Both the position numbers and the translations under genes were made by a program. The notes under the pieces were generated by a model. It saw nothing but the letters and a program-made list of their open reading frames with translations. It was not told the origin of the DNA and made no database searches. Positions 1-7,424 of a stretch of DNA of 64,000 nt are shown in pieces. The DNA comes from Halioglobus sp. GTDB lineage: Bacteria; Pseudomonadota; Gammaproteobacteria; Pseudomonadales; Halieaceae. Location: positions 18,377-82,376 of the forward strand of contig JBALVI010000010.1 in NCBI GenBank assembly GCA_036961205.1, given 5' to 3'. Numbering within the stretch: the stretch's first letter is position 1; each line of letters begins with the position of its first letter.

Positions 1-119
1 CGATCCAAGCAACGCTTGAATAGTTCATAGCATGCTCTCCCAGATATGACCCGTGAGCCAGCCCCGGCACCTTCGCGGCTAGACATACCTGCTATAGCTT
101 CTTTCCACGCATCAGACAT
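1..119 (-). CDS. hypothetical protein (N-terminal fragment; gene runs off the left edge)
   Basis: The frame is open from the ATG at 119 to position 1 on the minus strand. An AAAGGA lies about 9 nt upstream of the ATG. Translation begins MSDAWKEAIAGMSSREGAGAGSRVISGRACYELFKRCLD. No family recognised. Confidence 0.3.
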   Translation of the reverse strand, partial: MSDAWKEAIAGMSSREGAGAGSRVISGRACYELFKRCLD

Positions 120-396
120 TTCGTTGATCCTTTTAGGTTGACAGTTGATTCAACGAAACATTGAGCAAGCGCCGTACCAACTCACTAAGCCTATGAATTA
201 TCAGTATATTTTCAAGGTGAGTGAGTTCAGCGGAGAGCGGTTTTGCAAATCCAATTGCATTTTGCGTTTTTTTCTAAGAGACAGCGGCGCTATTGGTGTG
301 CTTAGCGCGCTCAATGCAAGATTGGATTACTCAATATGATTATATATTTAGGTAATTCAATAGGTTAGATGACTTCATGACCCTGGAAGAGCCGAT

Positions 397-411
397 TGGC
401 ACGGTCCCTGC
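397..411 (+). promoter_or_regulatory. sigma-54 (-24/-12) promoter candidate P1, upstream of the GT4 operon
   Basis: The sequence is TGGCACGGTCCCTGC(T), with GG at 398-399, N10, then GC at 410-411. It deviates once from the TGGCAC-N5-TTGCW consensus. It is intergenic and co-oriented with the downstream genes. Confidence 0.6.
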
Positions 412-598
412 TAACAATCGGCTAATAGAAACCAGACCACGACGTGAGCGGTAAACACATTATGACTGCTGAACAATTAAGCATTGTCACTTGCACTTAC
501 ACCCCCAACGTCAAGCGCTGTAAACGTCTGTGCAGCTTCGTAGACCGACTGCTTAGCCAGAGACATCAAATCGATCTTTTAATACGGACTCCAGCGAC

Positions 599-1846
599 AT
601 GAAAAAATTACTCTTTATCACTCCGGAACTTCCCTATCCCGCCCAGAGTGGCGGCAAAGTTAAAAGCCTGAAACTGTTGCACGCTCTGGCTGAAAAATAC
701 GAGGTGACGCTGGCCTGCCCTCTCAAGATGGAGGATGCACAGTACGTCGAGGAGTTTTATGCTATCTCACCCTGCGCCCACCACTTGCACCAGGAAGTTA
801 GCATACCGCGTACACCGGGCAACCTCATCCTGAGCTATCTTCGAGGCATCCCCTTAAATGTACATCGCACTTACAACGTGCAATTACAAAACAACATCGC
901 GGCTTTAGCCAGCGAGCAGGACGTCGTTTTCCTGGATCATTATGAGGTTTACCCCTACCTGCCAACCGACTACCAAGGGCTGGCTATTTATCACGCACAC
1001 AATGCCTATTTCAAGATGTGGGAGCGTTACGCTCAACTGCCGGGAAATCCAATAATGCGTGCGGCAGCCTATATGGAATCTAGGCGAGTAAAAAAGTATG
1101 AAACTCAGGTTTCCAACAATACAGACCTGTCTTTTGCCGCTCCAAATGATGCCTTGGAGCTGGCTAAAGCAGGCGCGTGCAAAGACAAGCTGCATGAAAC
1201 CTTTCACCTGGGTGACGACCAGCAGCTCGAACTGCCCGAGCTGCAGTATGCCGACACCGAGAAAAAACTTATGTATGTTGGAATTCTGGGATGGGAGCCT
1301 AACTCCCAGGGACTGTTATGGTTCATTGATCAGGTCTGGCCGAAGTTAGTCGAGCGCCATCCGGACTTACAACTAGATATTGTCGGCAAGGGCCCGGACC
1401 AGCGACTGCAAGATGCAGCAGCCAAGTGGGCAGGTATAACCCTGAGAGGTTTCGTTCCCGATCTTCAGGGGATTTATAAAAACAGCCGCGTTTCCGTGGC
1501 ACCTCTCACGTTCGGTAGTGGTATGAAAGTCAAAGTACTGGACTCTATGACGAGAGGTATGCCCACCGTAACAACCAGTGTTGGTGCGGAAGGTATTGAT
1601 GTTGAGCACGGTACGCACATGCTAATCGCCGACGAACCTGCAGAAATGGCAACATACATAAATCAGCTTTTGAACGACCCCGAATTGTGGCTACACCTGC
1701 AAAAGAACTCCCGTGAACTGATCACTGAACGCTATACCTGGCGACAGCTGTTCATCCAGATGCACCGCACTATCGAATCCGGCTTGCACGATAAAAGGAA
1801 TATAAGCTCTAGACAGACAGAGCAAGGGCTGCTGCATGCAGGCTGA
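599..1846 (+). CDS. glycosyltransferase, GT-B fold group 1 (GT4-like)
   Basis: 415 aa. The N-terminus MKKLLFITPELPYPAQSGGK and the C-terminal block GSGMKVKVLDSMTRGMPTVTTSVGAEG...ADEPAEM are typical of group 1 glycosyltransferases. It sits in an EPS gene context. Confidence 0.88.
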   Translation: MKKLLFITPELPYPAQSGGKVKSLKLLHALAEKYEVTLACPLKMEDAQYVEEFYAISPCAHHLHQEVSIPRTPGNLILSYLRGIPLNVHRTYNVQLQNNIAALASEQDVVFLDHYEVYPYLPTDYQGLAIYHAHNAYFKMWERYAQLPGNPIMRAAAYMESRRVKKYETQVSNNTDLSFAAPNDALELAKAGACKDKLHETFHLGDDQQLELPELQYADTEKKLMYVGILGWEPNSQGLLWFIDQVWPKLVERHPDLQLDIVGKGPDQRLQDAAAKWAGITLRGFVPDLQGIYKNSRVSVAPLTFGSGMKVKVLDSMTRGMPTVTTSVGAEGIDVEHGTHMLIADEPAEMATYINQLLNDPELWLHLQKNSRELITERYTWRQLFIQMHRTIESGLHDKRNISSRQTEQGLLHAG

Positions 1847-3212
1847 TCAGACCACCGGGGGCGTCATTGCGGCTACCACTGGAGAGCTTGGCGCGCGGAC
1901 ACAGAAACTAGCGCATCTCGTAAACAAGCTCCTTCCCGCGCTCAAACTGGTGGCCAGCCGCGGCAGCGCCATTCTCGCTCAGTTCGCCGCCCAATTGGTC
2001 GTGGGAACGATGGCTGGCGCAGGCGCATTGGGCGCCCTGCAGCTGCTCACATCCTGGACATGCATAGCGGGTGAAGTGTTGGGACTTGGCCTGCCCACTC
2101 GCGCAATGAGGCAAGTGTCCATTAGTTACGAGCAGCAACAGCCGAAGCAAATATTGCAGACCCTGCGCGAATCGCGCAGAAAAATTTTCCGGCTGTGGCT
2201 TACGCTGGCTCTGCTCGCCGCTTTACCCGCTATCTTTTTGGCGCGCAGCCAAGACACCGCCACCTGGACCGAATATAGCTGGCTGTTAATAGCCGCCGGT
2301 CTTGCTGCGCCGCTTTTCTCTCTGGTACGACTGTATGCGGAATCACTGAAAGCCACCGGCGCTGCCTTGGCGGCGGTAACGATCGAGAGCCTGACCTCAC
2401 CACTGGCATTGCTGCTGGCCTGCGCCTACTGCTGGCTAGCAGGACATCCAGTCGTTACTTTCACCCTCGTTATGACTTTCGGACTGAGCCTGGTTATCAC
2501 GCCCGTGGCGTTAAGCCACAGGCTCAAGCAGCAAATCGCAGGACTTGCACTGTCAGCCACCAAAACTCGCGACGCTCACGCCCCATCAAAAGTTGAGCGT
2601 GGCGACCTGTTCTATCTATGGAGTACTGGTGTACTCAGTATCAGTTTCATGCATTTACCTTTTCTGGTGATGCCGCTCTACATGGATACCGAGCAGATAG
2701 GTGTTTTTGCCGTCGCCCATAAATTAATAAATGTCATTACCACCCTACTGCTCTTGTTAGCCGCCGTATTTGGACCCTCATTCGCCCGTTACGCCGCCCA
2801 AGACAATTCACAAGCGTTATTGGGCCTACTGCGGCGCACACAACTTATCTCCACCGCTGTGTTCCTGCCAGTCTCGCTACTGCTGATAGCACTAGCGGAA
2901 CCACTGGCAGGACTGTTCGGTGAGGACTTCGGTAATCTGCAAATATACCTTGCCATACTAGCCGCTGGACACTTGGTCAATGCGGCGACCGGCCTATCTG
3001 GCGTGCTCATGAACATGGCCGGTGCCGCGTCCAAGGAAATGTACACGCTGATCATTGCCATGATCGCGGCACTGGCCGGCAGCGCCTGGGTTGGCCCGGA
3101 GTACGGCGCAATCGGACTCGCAATAGTCTTTAGCAGCAGTATCGCCCTGAAAAATATTGCCTCCTATCTACTGGCAATAAACCTCCTGAAACCAGCAAGA
3201 GAATCATCGTGA
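1836..3212 (+). CDS. polysaccharide biosynthesis protein / Wzx-like flippase (MOP superfamily)
   Basis: 458 aa with many (10 or more by eye) hydrophobic segments. Overlaps the upstream GT by 11 nt. Position in an EPS operon is consistent with the call. Confidence 0.75.
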   Translation: MQADQTTGGVIAATTGELGARTQKLAHLVNKLLPALKLVASRGSAILAQFAAQLVVGTMAGAGALGALQLLTSWTCIAGEVLGLGLPTRAMRQVSISYEQQQPKQILQTLRESRRKIFRLWLTLALLAALPAIFLARSQDTATWTEYSWLLIAAGLAAPLFSLVRLYAESLKATGAALAAVTIESLTSPLALLLACAYCWLAGHPVVTFTLVMTFGLSLVITPVALSHRLKQQIAGLALSATKTRDAHAPSKVERGDLFYLWSTGVLSISFMHLPFLVMPLYMDTEQIGVFAVAHKLINVITTLLLLLAAVFGPSFARYAAQDNSQALLGLLRRTQLISTAVFLPVSLLLIALAEPLAGLFGEDFGNLQIYLAILAAGHLVNAATGLSGVLMNMAGAASKEMYTLIIAMIAALAGSAWVGPEYGAIGLAIVFSSSIALKNIASYLLAINLLKPARESS

Positions 3213-4153
3213 AACCACTAGACTTCCTGATTGTCGGTGCGCAGAAATGCGCCACCACCGCTCTGTTTGAACATCTTCGCAGCCATCCCGATATCGCTAT
3301 GCCGCTGGAAAAGGAGGTGCCGTTCTTTACCGGCCAGAATTGCTCCCAGGAGAGCTGGGAGGCTTTCGCGGATGAACAATTTGGCGCCGAACAACACAAC
3401 AAGCTGTGGGCCAAGGCGAGCCCGCAATACATGTCAGACCCCGACGTGCCGGCGCGCATTAAAGAACTGATGCCCGAGGTCAAGCTCGTGGCTATTTTAC
3501 GTGACCCAATGGAGCGCAGCTGGTCCCACTTTCAGATGGGGCGCCGCCGAGATACCGAGCATCGCGAGTTCACTGCGTCCATTGAAGCACTTCTTACAGA
3601 AGAAGCACTGCAAAGGGGGCGCACACTCCCGGCACCAGAACATACCGGGGGCTACGAGTCAGAGGCTGACTTCTACGTTGCCTGGAGTGAGTACGGACGC
3701 ATCCTCACTGAATTCACTGCATCTTTTGACCCCAAGCAAATACTAGTACTGTATACAGAGGATCTGGAAAAAGAACCAGCGGCTACCCTGGACCGTCTAT
3801 TGGATTTTATCGGACTACCCTCCGGCTTTCGCCCGCCGGCACTGGGTGAAGTCATCCACCGCGGCGGTGGCTCCAACAAGCGCATACCGCAATCTGTGCG
3901 GGAGTGGCTGCGGAATCGCAAGATCTTGTATAGATTGTGGCAGAGCGTGCCGGACGCGCGCCGCGGTCGCCTGCGCTTTCAGTATGAGCAGTGGAATATC
4001 CGGCGCAGCGGCAATACCCACGGCAATGACATGCTGCTACCTGAAGACCTGCAGGAACAACTGCGCAGGCACTACACTGCGGACATCGAATCACTGCTGT
4101 CCCTGCCAATAGCCCCGCCTCCCTGGCTAGATCGGTATCTGGCCAGTAGCTAA
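3209..4153 (+). CDS. PAPS-dependent sulfotransferase family protein
   Basis: The GTG start overlaps the flippase stop. It has a 5'-PSB-like loop (LIVGAQKCATTAL) and a 3'-PB-like motif (ILRDPMERSWSHF). Confidence 0.82.
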   Translation: MKPLDFLIVGAQKCATTALFEHLRSHPDIAMPLEKEVPFFTGQNCSQESWEAFADEQFGAEQHNKLWAKASPQYMSDPDVPARIKELMPEVKLVAILRDPMERSWSHFQMGRRRDTEHREFTASIEALLTEEALQRGRTLPAPEHTGGYESEADFYVAWSEYGRILTEFTASFDPKQILVLYTEDLEKEPAATLDRLLDFIGLPSGFRPPALGEVIHRGGGSNKRIPQSVREWLRNRKILYRLWQSVPDARRGRLRFQYEQWNIRRSGNTHGNDMLLPEDLQEQLRRHYTADIESLLSLPIAPPPWLDRYLASS

Positions 4154-4344
4154 TGACCAGCGCGATATCCAGAATCTATGAGTGCCTCTTCATTGGCAAT
4201 CGCAGCTTACGACTTCCGAAATTCCGCATTTTGCGAAACTGAAACTACCGCATTTTGCGGATTATTTTGCAAACTTGCCTTTCTGACTTTAAACAAAACT
4301 CCATAACCCATTGTTTTAATTGAGATTTAATTACTTTTACAAGT

Positions 4345-4360
4345 TGGCATCGGTATTGCT
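4345..4360 (+). promoter_or_regulatory. sigma-54 (-24/-12) promoter candidate P2, upstream of the export gene
   Basis: The sequence is TGGCATCGGTATTGCT, with GG at 4346-4347, N10, then GC at 4358-4359. It lies 40 nt upstream of the ATG at 4400. Confidence 0.7.
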
Positions 4361-4399
4361 AATACACAGTGTATTCATTAATTTTCCCGAGCCAGCGCT

Positions 4400-7360
4400 A
4401 TGAGCAACGTACACCGCCCAACCATGCGAGCCGCCCTTGAGAAACTCGTGGCAGCACGCCAGTTCAGCGCAAGCCTGATCTCCTTATGCATCGCAGCAGT
4501 TGTCCTGTCCACACCAGCCATTGCCGTCAACGACGCTTACTTGTCCTATGTAGAACCCCTGCAATCCATTCAGGCAAGAAGCTATGCACAGTCCGCACCC
4601 CGAGGACAGGACGAGACCGTGCTGGACCCGGCTGAGCCAATACAGATACCGGTAGGCATCATTGAGAGAGAAGAATCCCGACTCGAGCAGATAGCCGATG
4701 AGAAAAGTGGCCCCCTGAACCTTGAGGAAACTCAACAGGAACAAGTGCTGCATTCCGACCTCACGCAATTTGGCTACGACATATTTAACCAGGTGCAGAG
4801 CGCGCCTGCTTCGGCATCGGGCATTCCCGTGCCACCCAACTACCTGATAGGCCCCGCGGACAACATCATCGTGCAGCTTTTCGGCAAGCGCAATGTGGAA
4901 TACAAGCTAATCGTAACCCGCGACGGCAACATCCTCGTACCTGAGTACGGCCCTATTAAAGTTGCCGGCATGACCTTCGACGAGGCAGAGCAGCTTATCA
5001 CTGTAGGTTTCGAACGACGGGTAATCGGTGCCAAAGTGGTGGTAACCATGGGGCAACTGCGCACTGTCCAGATACGACTCGCCGGAGATGTTACTCAACC
5101 TGGGGTCTACACCGTAGGCGGCCTCACCACCATGATAGACGCGCTGCTAACCACCGGTGGCGTACGACCCACCGGAACACTACGCAACATAGAACTAATC
5201 AGGGGCGGTGAGCGTATCGCTAGCCTGGATCTCTACGGCCTGCTATTGAACGGGCGCATCAACCAGGACTCTTATCTGGACCACAACGACACTATCTTCG
5301 TTCCACCCATCGGCCCTATCGTCTACGTGGGAGGCGAGGTACAACGCCCCGCTATCTACGAGATAAAAGGCGAAAAGACGGTGGGGCAGATAATCGGGAT
5401 GGCCGGCGGACTACTGCCGACCGCGTCACTGCAGCACTCACATATTGAGCGAATACAGGCAGCAGGTATTCGCACCCTGGTCGACTTTTCTACCACCAGC
5501 ACCCGCAGCCCCGAACAAGCAATTCTGGGCACTGCAGTCCAAACCGGAGATCTCCTGCGAATTTTGCCTCTGGAAGATGAATTGGAAGACATAATTTTAC
5601 TGTCGGGTCACGTTAAACGTCCCGGCGGGTTCCAATTCAGACCGGGTATGCGCATCTCCGACATTGTGCCCAGCGCCGAAGTTCTCCTGCCGGGTGCAGA
5701 CGTGGATTTCGTGCTCGTCAAAAGAGAAAACCTCAAAACCCTGCGCACCGAAGTGGTCTATGCCAACCTCATGCAGGCACTGACGAGCACCGGTGGCCAA
5801 GGTGATATTGAGCTGCAGTCACACGACCAAATCATGGTATTTAATCTGGCCAAAGATCGCGAACAGGTAGTGAACGACATTGTCCGGGAACTGGATATAC
5901 AGGCTACTCATCATCGTCCTGCCAGGGTCATCGAAGTTCGGGGAGCACTGCGCTACACCGGTAGGTTACCGCTAGAAGAAGGAGCCCGTCTGCTTGATAT
6001 TATCGCCCTGTCCGGGGGACTGCAGCCCGGCACGGAAATGTACTATGGCGTCATCGCACGCACCCGTTATCCCGAGCGGGATATCGAGGCCGTCCCATTC
6101 AAAATAGCCGCCGCCCTCGTCGATCCAGCAGCACCGGCTAACCTCGCCATCGAGCCGGGAGATCGGCTGTATTTCTTCGACGATCGGAGTGACCGCTCAG
6201 AATTATTGAACAGTGAAATCACCCGCCTGCGCCAACAAGCCAGTTATGGCGCGGATGAGCGCCTGGTGGCAATACAAGGTGAGGTGCTGCATTCGGGCAC
6301 CTACCCACTGGGGCACGATATGCGCGCCAGTGACTTGCTCTGCGCAGCTCGTGGCCTGACCCGCAAGGCTTATGGTTTGACCGCCGAGCTCTCACGCATA
6401 CAACGCAATGCCAGCAGCAGCAATGAGGTAAAGCACACAACACTGGACAGCTTGAAACTCCTGTCGCTTTGCGAACTCACAAAGCAGGCCGCAAGCGGGA
6501 GAATAAAGGTCACTGACAACAACGAATTACTCGCACTCTATGTCGATGAACACACTAACCCTATCCTGGCGCCCATGGACCAGCTAACTTTTACAGAGAA
6601 ATCAGGTTGGGTAGAGCGTGCCTCAGTAACGCTGTTTGGCGAAGTGCAGCGCCCAGGCGTATATGCCATAAATCGAGGTGAAACACTGTGCGAAGTTTTA
6701 CAACGCGCTGACGGCCTGACGCCCGAAGCCTATATCTTTGGCTCCGAATTCACCCGCGAATCGGTACGCGCCATGCAACAGGAAACTCTGGATGAACTGC
6801 AGGACCAACTAGACGACCTGATGATCGAGTTGTCTCTTTCCCATTCGTTCAACAACCGGGATAAAACAAGCCATGACTGGGCCGGCAGACAGGATTACAT
6901 CAAGACGATTCGCCAACTGGAGAGCGCTGAAGCCAATGGCCGCATGGTCATAAACCTGGAACGCGTAGTGGAATGCCGCAAGGGTGACCAACTGGCACTG
7001 GAAGACGGCGACACCCTGACCATACCGCATACACCGGACTACGTGCAGGTGTCGGGGCAGGTTTATGTACCCACTTCCCACTTATATGACGAAGACCGAA
7101 AGATCGGTGACTACGTTGAACTGAGCGGTGGTCATACGGTATTGGGCCGACTCAAGGATACCTTTGTGATTCAGGCTAATGGGGAAGTGCTCAACTACAA
7201 GGGGAGCCGGACCTCATCGCGGATCGCGCGCAAAACCGTTATGCCAGGGGCCAGGATCTATGTGCCACTGGATGTCGATCGCATGAATGGTACCGAGAAA
7301 GCACAGAGCTGGATTTCATCACTGATGCAGTCCGCAATACTCGCCGGCCTCCTTCTCTAG
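4400..7360 (+). CDS. polysaccharide export protein, Wza/SypC-like, with about seven SLBB-type repeats
   Basis: 986 aa with an N-terminal hydrophobic anchor. A Poly_export-like block is present (YLIGPADNIIVQLFG...DGNILVPEYGPIKVAGMTFDEAE). It is followed by repeated G-x-V-x-x-P-G-x-Y units: GDVTQPGVYTV, GEVQRPAIYEI, GHVKRPGGFQF, GALRYTGRLPL, GEVLHSGTYPL, GEVQRPGVYAI and GQVYVPTSHLY. Confidence 0.9.
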   Translation: MSNVHRPTMRAALEKLVAARQFSASLISLCIAAVVLSTPAIAVNDAYLSYVEPLQSIQARSYAQSAPRGQDETVLDPAEPIQIPVGIIEREESRLEQIADEKSGPLNLEETQQEQVLHSDLTQFGYDIFNQVQSAPASASGIPVPPNYLIGPADNIIVQLFGKRNVEYKLIVTRDGNILVPEYGPIKVAGMTFDEAEQLITVGFERRVIGAKVVVTMGQLRTVQIRLAGDVTQPGVYTVGGLTTMIDALLTTGGVRPTGTLRNIELIRGGERIASLDLYGLLLNGRINQDSYLDHNDTIFVPPIGPIVYVGGEVQRPAIYEIKGEKTVGQIIGMAGGLLPTASLQHSHIERIQAAGIRTLVDFSTTSTRSPEQAILGTAVQTGDLLRILPLEDELEDIILLSGHVKRPGGFQFRPGMRISDIVPSAEVLLPGADVDFVLVKRENLKTLRTEVVYANLMQALTSTGGQGDIELQSHDQIMVFNLAKDREQVVNDIVRELDIQATHHRPARVIEVRGALRYTGRLPLEEGARLLDIIALSGGLQPGTEMYYGVIARTRYPERDIEAVPFKIAAALVDPAAPANLAIEPGDRLYFFDDRSDRSELLNSEITRLRQQASYGADERLVAIQGEVLHSGTYPLGHDMRASDLLCAARGLTRKAYGLTAELSRIQRNASSSNEVKHTTLDSLKLLSLCELTKQAASGRIKVTDNNELLALYVDEHTNPILAPMDQLTFTEKSGWVERASVTLFGEVQRPGVYAINRGETLCEVLQRADGLTPEAYIFGSEFTRESVRAMQQETLDELQDQLDDLMIELSLSHSFNNRDKTSHDWAGRQDYIKTIRQLESAEANGRMVINLERVVECRKGDQLALEDGDTLTIPHTPDYVQVSGQVYVPTSHLYDEDRKIGDYVELSGGHTVLGRLKDTFVIQANGEVLNYKGSRTSSRIARKTVMPGARIYVPLDVDRMNGTEKAQSWISSLMQSAILAGLLL

Positions 7361-7424
7361 ACCGAAAGATTAGACAATTAGCTGGCAAAACTTAGAGAGC
7401 GCAACATAGCAAACATACTTATTA

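Noticed and set aside
145-339. 64-aa plus-strand ORF in the first intergenic region
   Set aside because: It lies in AT-rich promoter DNA that contains the LuxO-type boxes. It has no SD, and its composition is odd and not protein-like.
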